Origin: Candidatus Magasanikiibacteriota bacterium
GTDB lineage: Bacteria; Patescibacteriota; Patescibacteriia; Magasanikbacterales; GWA2-37-8
Length of the DNA stretch: 64,000 nt
Assembly: GCA_017991415.1 (NCBI GenBank)
Contig: JAGOQR010000003.1
Coordinates: 44,279 to 108,278 of the forward strand
Reading direction: 5' to 3'
Below the pieces are notes generated by a model. It did no database searches and was not told the DNA's origin. It saw nothing but the letters and a program-made list of their open reading frames with translations. The first letter of the stretch is position 1, and every line of letters starts with the position of its first letter. Made by a program: the position numbers and the translations under genes. This document shows, one piece after another, positions 31,503-39,904 of the stretch.

Positions 31503-31784
31503 TTAAAATGGCAGCTGGCCCACTTCGGCGGCCTCTGATTCCTCTTCTTCATCAACATCTTCTTCAGCACCTGCTTCAATATCTTTTTTAATTTCTTCAA
31601 ATTCATTCTCTATCTCTGCTAAACGACTATTACTTTCTTTTATGAGAGTCGCTGCTTCTTTTACTTTTTTTAGGCCTTCTTCTACGTCTACTTCATCTTG
31701 ATTATCAAACCAAGCAGCAATAGCCGAAAGTGACGCCAAATTTTTACTTAAGTTTATATCTTTTGTTTTTTCTTTTTTAGACAT
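31503..31784 (-). CDS. xseB: Exodeoxyribonuclease VII small subunit
   Basis: 93 aa, helical and acidic, immediately downstream of xseA. Confidence 0.6.
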   Translation of the reverse strand: MSKKEKTKDINLSKNLASLSAIAAWFDNQDEVDVEEGLKKVKEAATLIKESNSRLAEIENEFEEIKKDIEAGAEEDVDEEEESEAAEVGQLPF

Positions 31785-31788
31785 ATAT

Positions 31789-33042
31789 TTATTTTTTATT
31801 AATATTTTTTATAACTGATTCAATTTCACCGTCTACTACACGTATATTTAGTTGCTCACCAGGCAATACGTCCTTAACACTTCGCACTACCCTATCTTTT
31901 ACAAAGACTAGGCTATAGCCTAACCGTAGTTGCCGCTCTGGATTATTTGCTTCTACCAAACGAACCAAATTAGCTATCTTATTACTAGCGGCCTTAAGCG
32001 CAGTTCCGTATAGCTGGTTAATTTCTTGTGGCATAGTATATATATATCGAGCTCGAACCATGCTTAGAGCACTAACAAATGATTTTATAATTAAGTTTTG
32101 ATTATTAATAATATGATGTTCCAGTCCCGTTATAGCCACCTGTATTTTAGCAAGACTATTTTTTACAATATCTTTTACATCTTTATACGTCGCCAAAACC
32201 ATATGCAAAGCTTGTACCACTCTTCTTGCGTCCTTCTCAAGTGCATAGGTTGCTTCAAGCCACGACTTTGAGAGCAGCGCTGCAACCAGTGACGGCGTAG
32301 ACTCAGTAGCATCAGCAACAAGTGTTGCGAGCGGCACATCCTGATGATGGCCAATACCAGTTACCACTGGCACAGGAAACGCAGCGATTTCTCGCACCAA
32401 CTTTTCGTTATCAAAACCAGCCAGCGACTGCATAGATCCACCGCCCCGAATGAGCACAAGCACATCCAAATCTTCATCGCGCATAGCCCGCACACTAAGC
32501 GCCAACGCCCGCCCACATTCAGGACCTTCCACGCGACAATCTAAAATTTTAATTTTAAAACCCGATCGGCGTAAATTGTTACTAAAATCATGAATTACTG
32601 CTCCATGCACTGACGTAATAACCCCTATCTTTTGAGGAAACAACGGTAGAGGTCTCTTACGAGACAAGTCAAACAAACCTTCTTCTGCCAATTTTTTCTT
32701 TAACTTCTCATACGCTTTTTTAAGTGCGCCCTCACCTACCACCTCCATAGCATCTGCAACAAAAGACATTCTGCTAAAACGTCCACTAAAACTAGGAGCG
32801 CCTTTTAACTGCACTTCCATACCAACTTCCAAATCAACACCACTATACATGTACTTTCCCTTCCACATGATACAAGGCAGAACATCGCCTGTATCTTTAT
32901 CTTTAAGAGAAAAATAAACATGCCCGCTCGCTGGCACTTTCACCTCAGAAACTTCACCAATAATCTGGACTTGCAGTGTACCCAATGTTGAATTTATTAT
33001 TTCTATAAATTCAGAAATTTTATACGGTTCATTTTGATGCAT
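31789..33042 (-). CDS. xseA: Exodeoxyribonuclease VII large subunit
   Basis: 417 aa with an N-terminal OB-fold (GEVSEVKVPASGHVYFSLKD) and the catalytic region GRGGGS. Confidence 0.8.
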   Translation of the reverse strand: MHQNEPYKISEFIEIINSTLGTLQVQIIGEVSEVKVPASGHVYFSLKDKDTGDVLPCIMWKGKYMYSGVDLEVGMEVQLKGAPSFSGRFSRMSFVADAMEVVGEGALKKAYEKLKKKLAEEGLFDLSRKRPLPLFPQKIGVITSVHGAVIHDFSNNLRRSGFKIKILDCRVEGPECGRALALSVRAMRDEDLDVLVLIRGGGSMQSLAGFDNEKLVREIAAFPVPVVTGIGHHQDVPLATLVADATESTPSLVAALLSKSWLEATYALEKDARRVVQALHMVLATYKDVKDIVKNSLAKIQVAITGLEHHIINNQNLIIKSFVSALSMVRARYIYTMPQEINQLYGTALKAASNKIANLVRLVEANNPERQLRLGYSLVFVKDRVVRSVKDVLPGEQLNIRVVDGEIESVIKNINKK

Positions 33043-33069
33043 AAACTATAATTACAGCAACAGGTAATT

Positions 33070-33528
33070 TTATTTGTTCTTATAGCGGCCAGGCCAACAT
33101 TTGGGGCAGCTTGGATGGGTACTATCCTTATAAAATATATGACCACGGCTACAAATCTTTTGTGCAGCCTTTTGAAGTTCTTTAGCTTTAAACAAAACAA
33201 TTTTTTTCACCAATGTGTACGGAATCGACTTATCTAACAAAAACTGAATCGCTCCTTTTGAAACCTTAAATCCTACTAGCTCTTTTTCAAAAGCAGCGTT
33301 TGCAGAAGGTGTTGCATAAAAACCAATATGTTTTTCCCAGGCCGCAAAATAGACTAAGGGCTTACCATACAATTTAAAGGCTGGCATACCATAACTTATC
33401 GATCCTACTGCCTTTGGAGCAAACGCCTCTACAATTTGTCTTATTTTTTTCAAAATAATCCGAGTACCTTTTGGAGCATTTTGAATATACTCACCTATGG
33501 TATTAATTGTTTTTTTATTTTTTAACAT
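33070..33528 (-). CDS. DUF1801/YdhG-like protein
   Basis: 152 aa with a DUF1801-like core (YGMPAFKLYGKPLVYFAAWEKHIGFY) plus a C-terminal Cys/His zinc-ribbon-like tail. Confidence 0.45.
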   Translation of the reverse strand: MLKNKKTINTIGEYIQNAPKGTRIILKKIRQIVEAFAPKAVGSISYGMPAFKLYGKPLVYFAAWEKHIGFYATPSANAAFEKELVGFKVSKGAIQFLLDKSIPYTLVKKIVLFKAKELQKAAQKICSRGHIFYKDSTHPSCPKCWPGRYKNK

Positions 33529-33577
33529 ATATCAGGTTATTATGGAACGGTTTTTCAACGTAGAATAATTATTCTAG

Positions 33578-33650
33578 CAAATACTTAAAATGAGCGCCCA
33601 TTAATTACAATTAGTGTAAGGGTTTCTGGAACTTCTGTCTAGACATAAAT
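33578..33650 (+). repeat. Direct repeat copy A flanking the GC-rich cassette
   Basis: aaaatgagcgcccattaattacaattagtgtaagggtttctggaacttctgtctagac aligns at about 80% identity with copy B at 34845-34936 (ttacaatcagtgtaaggatttctggggattctgtacagac). Confidence 0.6.
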
Positions 33651-33731
33651 TTAGGATACTTGGATCAGGTTTGAAATTTAAAATAAAAAAAACGAAACAG
33701 TAAAACAGGTGTTTGGAAAGCAATTCTTCCA

Positions 33732-33760
33732 TTGACAAAACACTATTTTTATGCTAATAT
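33732..33760 (+). promoter_or_regulatory. Near-consensus sigma70 promoter driving the GC-rich lipoprotein gene
   Basis: TTGACA (33732-33737), a 17-nt spacer, then TAATAT (33755-33760), all in AT-rich DNA. A leader of about 100 nt contains the SD AAAGGA. Confidence 0.6.
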
Positions 33761-33863
33761 AATGTGTTCTTTTTCAACACTTGATACCCTTATCGACCCC
33801 AACTTTACCGAGGCTAATGCTATCGGTGGGTCTGAGGGGTTTCAAGCCACGAAAGGAATCGAC

Positions 33864-34640
33864 ATGACCCGCATCTCGATCATTCTCGCCGCTGCCTTCG
33901 CCGTCGCCGCCTGCACCGAGACCGAGGTGGTCGTCAACGACCACTACGGCGTCTGCACGGCCGACGAGCAGTGCCCGGGCACCTACGTGTGCCAGGACGG
34001 CATCTGCATCGAGCCGGAGGAGCCGCCACAGTCGGTCGCGGACTGTGCGACCTACGAGTGGGCCGGTCGGGAGACGCCCTGGCACTGCTGGTGCGAGGGC
34101 GACAACTGCATCGGCACCGATGCCGAGCTCCCCTGGGAGTGCCCGCTCGACTTGCTGGACTCCGATCCCAACGACGGCGTCTGCGGTGTGCAGTGCCACG
34201 ACCACTTCTGGCTCGACGCCCAAGCGGTCGGTCTCGACCCCAACACCTCGCCCCCGTCCCTGACCTTCGACGTCGGTAACGGTGTGGTGACATGCACCCA
34301 GTACGTCGACATCTCGCCCTTGCGCTTCGTGCGCAGCCAGACCGAGATCTACCTGGATGCGCCCGACGGCCGTACCGTCCAGATCGACTATCGGATGACG
34401 GCCCCGGCCATCGTCGAGGTGTTCATCCGGTACAACGAGGGTGCCCAGTGGATCAACGGCGGACTTGCCTTCACCTACACCTTCCCGGGCGGCCCCACCA
34501 ACATCGGTGGCGTGCGGTACGGGTTCCGGCCGGAAGAGTCATTCCCTTCGGGGACCACCACCTACTGGAAGCTCGAGGCTCATCGGTGGATCAACAACGA
34601 GCTGTTCGACACCTGGACGGGGAGCATCACGCTCCCCTGA
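33864..34640 (+). CDS. Cysteine-rich secreted lipoprotein of unknown function, encoded in a compositionally foreign (about 65% GC) segment
   Basis: ATG at 33864 preceded by AAAGGA. Lipoprotein signal MTRISIILAAAFAVAAC. At least 12 Cys in the N-terminal half (CTADEQCPGTYVCQDGICIEPEE; WHCWCEGDNCIG). Codons are strongly GC3-biased, unlike all neighbouring genes. The opposite-strand and other-frame ORFs listed in the track here are high-GC artefacts. Confidence 0.7.
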   Translation: MTRISIILAAAFAVAACTETEVVVNDHYGVCTADEQCPGTYVCQDGICIEPEEPPQSVADCATYEWAGRETPWHCWCEGDNCIGTDAELPWECPLDLLDSDPNDGVCGVQCHDHFWLDAQAVGLDPNTSPPSLTFDVGNGVVTCTQYVDISPLRFVRSQTEIYLDAPDGRTVQIDYRMTAPAIVEVFIRYNEGAQWINGGLAFTYTFPGGPTNIGGVRYGFRPEESFPSGTTTYWKLEAHRWINNELFDTWTGSITLP

Positions 34641-34646
34641 ACACTG

Positions 34647-34744
34647 CCTCTGGCTGCGCTCTCACGAGAGAGCGCAGCCCCATCCGAGTTGTTTGCACAA
34701 CAGAATAATTAATTTGTTATGTTGTGCAAACTCGGATGCAGAGG
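34647..34744 (+). repeat. Composite inverted-repeat structure at the 3' end of the GC-rich gene
   Basis: An outer pair cctctg...cagagg encloses a GC hairpin (ggctgcgctctc-acgag-agagcgcagcc, 34652-34679) and a 19-22 bp AT-richer imperfect IR (catccgagttgtttgcacaaca ... tgttgtgcaaactcggatg, 34681-34738). Confidence 0.6.
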
Positions 34745-34757
34745 AAGTATAAATTTA

Positions 34758-34792
34758 AAAAGCCCTTCTTATTCAGAAGGGCTTTTTAGTTA
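34758..34792. terminator. Bidirectional rho-independent terminator
   Basis: aaaaagcccttc-ttattca-gaagggcttttt. Confidence 0.65.
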
Positions 34793-34844
34793 AAAAACTA
34801 AACAATAAAAATTAAACCTTACGAAACATGTCAACTAAAATCTA

Positions 34845-34936
34845 GGATTTAAAAGATGACGCACTGCGGGCCACTCGGGTTAAGTACCCGTTAGTTACAA
34901 TCAGTGTAAGGATTTCTGGGGATTCTGTACAGACTT
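34845..34936 (+). repeat. Direct repeat copy B flanking the GC-rich cassette
   Basis: Matches copy A, with an internal GC-rich insertion of about 23 bp. Lies between the cassette terminator and a hypothetical gene next to tRNA-Ser. Confidence 0.6.
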
Positions 34937-35034
34937 AGAGTCGAGGCACGTGGGTCTAGCCTGGATTTTAACAGGTCATCTAATAAAGAACGCCTAATAT
35001 TGAGAGCATGTGATAGTATCCGAATTGGAACAAT

Positions 35035-35475
35035 TTAACTGTTGACAATTGCAGAATCCGGTAATGATGGAAAATCTTTTAATTTTATTGTTACCTCTTT
35101 ATCAAGAAAAGCGCGGGTAAGGCGATGCATGCCATTAAATATTTGTCCATCCACAGTTCTCCATATGGGATTGGATAAATCTGCATGCTGGATTGTTGCT
35201 ACGTGATCGGCGTAGGCTTGATTTTGTTTTGCTGCGTCCCAATCTTTAAGAAGATCGTATGGGCCTAATAAATCCCCGTTTCTATCAGTCCAATAATAAT
35301 TCCCTTCAGATACTGCTTCAGCTAATTCATTCAATGGCACTTCTCGCGTAGGAAGCAGTTCAGCGACGCGCTCTAAAAGTTCAACATTATAAAGCTGGTC
35401 TCCAACAGTGGTTGTTTCAAAGTTATGACCATGCAATCCATCTTGATATCCAGCTGGCGGTTTTCCTTCTAGCAT
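35035..35475 (-). CDS. Hypothetical protein (147 aa) adjacent to tRNA-Ser
   Basis: The ORF-track version (35035-35586) runs through the tRNA-Ser gene. The start is placed at the internal Met (MLEGKPPAGYQDG...). No recognisable motif. Confidence 0.4.
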   Translation of the reverse strand: MLEGKPPAGYQDGLHGHNFETTTVGDQLYNVELLERVAELLPTREVPLNELAEAVSEGNYYWTDRNGDLLGPYDLLKDWDAAKQNQAYADHVATIQHADLSNPIWRTVDGQIFNGMHRLTRAFLDKEVTIKLKDFPSLPDSAIVNS

Positions 35476-35499
35476 AATTATTTGATTTTTTAAAAAATG

Positions 35500-35584
35500 C
35501 GGAGAGGGTGGGATTCGAACCCACGAGGCCTTGCAGCCTACCGCTTTTCGAGAGCGGCACTTTCGACCACTCAGACACCTCTCC
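35500..35584 (-). tRNA. tRNA-Ser (anticodon CGA), type II tRNA with a long variable arm
   Basis: Reverse complement is GGAGAGGTGTCTGAGTGGTCGAAAGTGCCGCTCTCGAAAAGCGGTAGGCTGCAAGGCCTCGTGGGTTCGAATCCCACCCTCTCCG. Anticodon loop CTCGAAA. Long variable arm. Confidence 0.85.
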
Positions 35585-35625
35585 ATTTTAAATTGCTCTT
35601 ATCCTAACACGAATTAGCTGGACCT

Positions 35626-36249
35626 TCAACGATTATCCAAACTAGCCCATAAATATAGCGAAGCGGTCGTGCGATACGGTTGCCAACGAGAAGATAGTTG
35701 TTTTAATTTTTTAGGAGATGGATCCTTACGTAAACCATACAATTTCTTAACTGCATTTCGCAAACCCAAATCACCAAAAGAAAATACATCTGGCCTACCA
35801 AGCGAAAAAATCAAAAACATTTCTGCCGTCCATCGCCCGATTCCTTTTACTTTTACAAGCATCTCAATTATTTCTTCGTCTGTTTTTTTATTTACCTGCC
35901 TAAAATCCAATGCGCCCTCCTCAAACGCAGTGGCAAGATTTTTAATATATGAAGCCTTAGAACCAGACACTCCTACCGATCGAAGCTCCTCATTACTTTT
36001 TGCCAAAACCTGAGCAGGCAAAGGAAATTTACCCTGAGGGAACAAAGCTTTGAATCGTTTTATAATTGTACTAGCTGCCTTGCCTGAGAGCTGTTGGCTT
36101 ATAATAGCGTCGGCCAAAGATTCAAAATAGTTTTTGCTCGAACGCAAAATTGTTGGCTTAGCCAACAAAAATAGTGTGGCAAGTAGCGGATCTGCTTTTT
36201 TTAAAAAAACCATAGCTGGCGACATAGATACTTTTTTCTGTACTGACAT
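35626..36249 (-). CDS. DNA-3-methyladenine glycosylase II-like (HhH-GPD superfamily, AlkA-type)
   Basis: 207 aa with an HhH-GPD motif region (VKVKGIGRWTAEMFLIFSLGRPDVFSFGDLGL). Confidence 0.7.
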   Translation of the reverse strand: MSVQKKVSMSPAMVFLKKADPLLATLFLLAKPTILRSSKNYFESLADAIISQQLSGKAASTIIKRFKALFPQGKFPLPAQVLAKSNEELRSVGVSGSKASYIKNLATAFEEGALDFRQVNKKTDEEIIEMLVKVKGIGRWTAEMFLIFSLGRPDVFSFGDLGLRNAVKKLYGLRKDPSPKKLKQLSSRWQPYRTTASLYLWASLDNR

Positions 36250-36250
36250 A

Positions 36251-37801
36251 TTACAATTCTATACACGGTTTTACTTTATTATTAAACCCTTCAAGCTGCG
36301 CAATTTGATCTACGGTAATATTTTGCAATTTTTTATCTCGCTTATTCTCTGGGTACATTACTTCATAAAAAAGCGGCATCATACTATCTACTCCGTTTTG
36401 CAAAGACATACCCTTGGCTGACTCTACGATTTTGTTCCAGGTGCTATTTGTACCATAGAGCATAAGATCTAAGCCCGTAGCTTGGAATAAGCTACCATTT
36501 TTATCTTGCAAAAACGCAAGCGCGATATCCCCGCCCATAATCTTGGTTTCTATTTGTTTACACATACCTGCTTCCTCGCTTTCTCCTATCTCCTGGAGCA
36601 ACTGCAGATACCCTGCTTTCATAGCAGTTAAGTAACTTGGCTGAGAAAAACCACCTAGACAAGTTACGCCGTAATAAAACGAAATAAGTATAAAGGTAAG
36701 GAGCATAGAGGGGACGAGCTCTCCTGACTGTAATTTTTCACTAATAACCAAAGCTGTTAAGGGCACACAGAAAGTACCGTCCGCATTTATTAGCCCTCCA
36801 TTTTTTTTCCATAATCGCTGCCTATACTTTTCTCCTTTGGGTTTTGCCCAAAACAAAAAAGTTCCAATATCATTTTTTGAAAAAGCGCCAATAATGCCTT
36901 CAAAATATTTTATCAGTAGCTGCTGATATTTGGCATTAAAAATAATTTGATTAACGATTGTATTCTGATTGAGGTGATACTTGATAAGTAAATTACTTGT
37001 AATTGTTTCCTGATCAATGTAGACAAGATTTGGTAATTTTTTGTACGGGGCAAACAACTGTTGCCAAAACCTGAAGTTAGTCTTGGTAATTTGTTCAGAA
37101 TAATTCTTGCTCTCTAACACATCAGACTGACCATAAACTACATCAATTAATCTTGTAATTTTTTCTACTGTCTCATGACGAATGAGACCGTCTAACACTT
37201 TGTGCTTTAGCATTTTTTTAATACGGGTTAAATCTTTTTGCGTATAACCCTCAAGTCCATAGACAGCCCGCTGACTATCTTTGGCTGGGAAAAAAGACAA
37301 ACGATGCAGCTCTTGAGTGTTCCCTATATCACTATGAAAAATGAGTCCACGTGGAAAAGAAGAATTGTTAAGCGAGACATTAGCGCAGGACAAAACAATA
37401 ATATTTTCTAAATTAAAATCTGCTTGGGGTGTGGCAGTAATTAAATTAGCATTTAAAAAAAATGGATGACAAATTGGCCCATGATGATCGACAGTGGAAA
37501 CAAAATAATTTTGCTCTAACTGCCTTTCGACACTGTGCGCAACCTCAACACCAAGCAGCCGCTCTACCTGCTCCACAACAACAGCAACAAATTCTGCCTG
37601 ACGATCTTTTGCAGCAGGGCTCTTCTCAATTTCTTTATACCGCAAGGCATGGTCATACAATGTTTCATTGCCTTTCTTTTCAAGAGTTTCTTGAAGGGCA
37701 GGGGCGGTACGAAGCACTTGGTTTTTAAGTTGCGCAAAATCTAACCCAAGCTGGCTTGAATCAATAAAATTTCTTTCTCGGGCTATATTCATAGAAGACA
37801 A
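36251..37801 (-). CDS. Hypothetical protein (516 aa), likely co-transcribed with the upstream ATP-grasp gene
   Basis: Long ORF without recognisable motifs (no P-loop, no Mur-ligase GxxGKT). Ends 2 bp before alkA-like and starts 16 bp after the ATP-grasp gene. Confidence 0.4.
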   Translation of the reverse strand: MSSMNIARERNFIDSSQLGLDFAQLKNQVLRTAPALQETLEKKGNETLYDHALRYKEIEKSPAAKDRQAEFVAVVVEQVERLLGVEVAHSVERQLEQNYFVSTVDHHGPICHPFFLNANLITATPQADFNLENIIVLSCANVSLNNSSFPRGLIFHSDIGNTQELHRLSFFPAKDSQRAVYGLEGYTQKDLTRIKKMLKHKVLDGLIRHETVEKITRLIDVVYGQSDVLESKNYSEQITKTNFRFWQQLFAPYKKLPNLVYIDQETITSNLLIKYHLNQNTIVNQIIFNAKYQQLLIKYFEGIIGAFSKNDIGTFLFWAKPKGEKYRQRLWKKNGGLINADGTFCVPLTALVISEKLQSGELVPSMLLTFILISFYYGVTCLGGFSQPSYLTAMKAGYLQLLQEIGESEEAGMCKQIETKIMGGDIALAFLQDKNGSLFQATGLDLMLYGTNSTWNKIVESAKGMSLQNGVDSMMPLFYEVMYPENKRDKKLQNITVDQIAQLEGFNNKVKPCIEL

Positions 37802-37816
37802 AACTTGGTCGACTTA

Positions 37817-39007
37817 TTAAAACGCATCAATATACTGCTCTACATAATCCCACAAAGGTTGGGCCACATTATTTGTCGCCCCTTCAACAGGATCATAGTG
37901 CAAATTAATAAACGGTAAACCATTACACTCTATAATGCCCCATTTTTGCTCATCTGGATTACGAGAAATATCGTTAATAATAAAATCAAAACCAATTACA
38001 GGGTCGGCAACTACTTCCGCTGCTTTTTCTAAAATTTTTATAGTTTCTGGATGGGTAATACTCGTTACTTCCGCTGCACAGCCCCCATAGGAAACGCCGA
38101 TTTTTTCTAGCAGATCAATAGTCTGATTGTTCGGCAGAACGCTCTCCAAGTTTAATCCAAGTCTAGCTAGAAAATTTTTATGCTCTTCTGTGACCACTAC
38201 ATCTTTAACACCTGTTGGCTTGTTGGAATTTTTTATTTCAATTAAACGAGCAACGGAACTATTACCATCACCTGTAATTCGTGGCGGATCCCCGCGTAAT
38301 ACACCCGCTACTTTTCCGTTTATGACGGTACCGCGATAGACACTACCCACCAAATGTTCTTCTAAAATTACCCAGTAGCAGAGCTGTTTGGCTGACTCAA
38401 ATGCTTTTTTTAAATCTTCTTCAGTATATATGTGCGTGGTAGTATGTCGCCCTCGTGAACCAAGACGCGGCTTTATAATGACTGGCTTTTCTAATTCTTT
38501 AAACTTGTTGAGCAGTGGTGAAAAACGAGAAAATACTCCGCCTCGAGCTACAGGCAAACCCTCATCTTGTAAAGTTTTTTTAAAAAGCGCCTTATCATCC
38601 AACCACCATTCGGAGTTTTTTGGGGTACGAAGCGGCCTTGGCAACCCGTTAAAATAAATCTTTTTACCATGTACAGTCGCCCCATACAAGTCGACTACTT
38701 TTCCAAATGCATAGAAATTATGCATAGGTATACCACGACGCAGAGCCTCTTGCCAGAGCACCTTGCCGCGCTGATTTACTGTTTTGCTTGGATCATTATT
38801 AACCTTAAGCACACCCACGGCGCTATACAACCACACAAAAAATTTAAGTAGCGGATTGGTAATAGCCGCTGCCAATCGAGATAAAAAACTTTTTGACAAC
38901 CAAACATGCATTGGCGAACTAAAAACCGAGCTCGTCTGACTAAACCACGAAAGAGCGTGTGATACTTGATTATTGCCACAGGCTAAACAGCGTTGTTTTT
39001 CAGACAT
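37817..39007 (-). CDS. ATP-grasp ligase resembling the N-terminal ATP-grasp half of cyanophycin synthetase (CphA), without a Mur-ligase domain
   Basis: 396 aa. Segments VIIKPRLGSRGRHTT, VINGKVAGVLRGDPPRITGDGNSSVARLIEIKN and GVSYGGCAAEVTSITHPETIKILEKAAEVVADPVIGFDFIINDISRNPDEQKWGIIECNGLPF are collinear with CphA ATP-grasp regions (VVKP..G..G.GV, VVNGKLVAAA.R.P..V.GDG..TI.ELI and NLSTGG.A.DVTD..HP.N...A..AA.AIGLDIAGID...DIS.P). Confidence 0.55.
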   Translation of the reverse strand: MSEKQRCLACGNNQVSHALSWFSQTSSVFSSPMHVWLSKSFLSRLAAAITNPLLKFFVWLYSAVGVLKVNNDPSKTVNQRGKVLWQEALRRGIPMHNFYAFGKVVDLYGATVHGKKIYFNGLPRPLRTPKNSEWWLDDKALFKKTLQDEGLPVARGGVFSRFSPLLNKFKELEKPVIIKPRLGSRGRHTTTHIYTEEDLKKAFESAKQLCYWVILEEHLVGSVYRGTVINGKVAGVLRGDPPRITGDGNSSVARLIEIKNSNKPTGVKDVVVTEEHKNFLARLGLNLESVLPNNQTIDLLEKIGVSYGGCAAEVTSITHPETIKILEKAAEVVADPVIGFDFIINDISRNPDEQKWGIIECNGLPFINLHYDPVEGATNNVAQPLWDYVEQYIDAF

Positions 39008-39040
39008 ACTAGAGAGTTAATAACCTTCATATAATATACG

Positions 39041-39077
39041 AAAATGAGCCTGTTGCAAACAGGCTCATTTCTTTTTT
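39041..39077. terminator. Hairpin terminator between VIT1 and the ATP-grasp gene
   Basis: aatgagcctgtt-gcaa-acaggctcatt followed by tcttttttg. Confidence 0.5.
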
Positions 39078-39090
39078 GCAGGTTAGCCTT

Positions 39091-39879
39091 TTAGGCCAAG
39101 CCACCAAGCAGTATCCCAACACCATAAGCAGAAGCTGCTGCAAAACCACCAAGCAACAACATCTCGAGACCAGCTTGATACCAAGGCTGACGAGTAAAGT
39201 AAATTTTAAGAGTACCAAGGATAAATAACGTAATACCCGTTAGAACGCAGGCCATCACAAAAGTATGAGCAGCAAAAAAAGGAACAAAGCGAGCTGCTAC
39301 ATAAATTAAAACGGGGATGGATCCAAAAAAAATGAAAGAACCAAATGTAACAGCTGCATTTTTTATTGGAGACTCCTTACTTTCCACCATACCCAACTCT
39401 TCTACCATCATAATATCTACCCACGATTTTTCATATTTCGACAAAGCTTGAACCGCGATTTTTGCATCTTCTTCGGCAATACCTTTTTCCATATACAGCT
39501 CCACCATTTCTTGCTTTTCACCTTCTGGGTAATTACGAACTTCCCATGTCTCTCGCACTCGTTCAGCAGCCATATAATCATTTTCTGCTTTGGTACTTAA
39601 ATAATCACCAAAGGCCATCGATATGCCATCGGCAATCAAATTGGCTACACCCAAAATTAAAACGACCGTAGAAGTTAAGCTTGCTCCAGCTACTCCAGCC
39701 ACCACGGCAAATGTAGTTATAATTCCATCCAAGCCGCCATAAACAAAGCTTTTAATATATTGCCCTCCTCCAGAAAAATGATTCTCAGGCGCTCGGCCAC
39801 CTTGATGAGCTTTTTTACTCGCCTCAGCATCATTATTACGAAAAGCATCTCGTGCCTGATCCAAATTTCGAGTAATCAT
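39091..39879 (-). CDS. VIT1/CCC1 family iron/manganese transporter
   Basis: 262 aa with a VIT1 signature region (GGLDGIITTFAVVAGVAGASL...LGVANLIADGISMAFGDYLS) and a C-terminal TM bundle. Confidence 0.75.
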   Translation of the reverse strand: MITRNLDQARDAFRNNDAEASKKAHQGGRAPENHFSGGGQYIKSFVYGGLDGIITTFAVVAGVAGASLTSTVVLILGVANLIADGISMAFGDYLSTKAENDYMAAERVRETWEVRNYPEGEKQEMVELYMEKGIAEEDAKIAVQALSKYEKSWVDIMMVEELGMVESKESPIKNAAVTFGSFIFFGSIPVLIYVAARFVPFFAAHTFVMACVLTGITLFILGTLKIYFTRQPWYQAGLEMLLLGGFAAASAYGVGILLGGLA

Positions 39880-39904
39880 ACATCATTTTTTATAAAATAA
39901 TTTA

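Noticed and set aside
33780-34700. Interpretation of the GC-rich segments as simple assembly chimeras
   Set aside because: Not adopted as the primary explanation. The composition switches occur twice each within continuous sequence, and they are precisely positioned relative to native promoters on one side and IR/terminator structures on the other, which a random chimeric join would not produce. Read-level verification is still required and is listed under the findings.
34647-34744. The large bulged inverted repeats at the 3' ends of both GC-rich cassettes, considered as integron attC sites
   Set aside because: Neither IR shows the conserved attC core motifs (RYYYAAC at one end and GTTRRRY at the other). 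No intI-like gene is in the window, and the cassettes carry their own promoters. I kept them as unexplained structured elements or terminators instead.
33774-34752. Multiple overlapping ORFs on both strands inside the GC-rich segment (e.g. 33774-34223 minus, 33934-34293 minus, 34292-34708 plus)
   Set aside because: These are Arg/Pro/Gly-rich translations typical of stop-codon-poor high-GC DNA. Only the frame with a lipoprotein signal, an SD and coherent GC3 bias (33864-34640 plus) is credible.
39027-39218. Short ORFs such as 39027-39218 minus, 37462-37744 plus and 38127-38851 plus
   Set aside because: They overlap or lie antisense to longer motif-supported genes, and there is no independent support.
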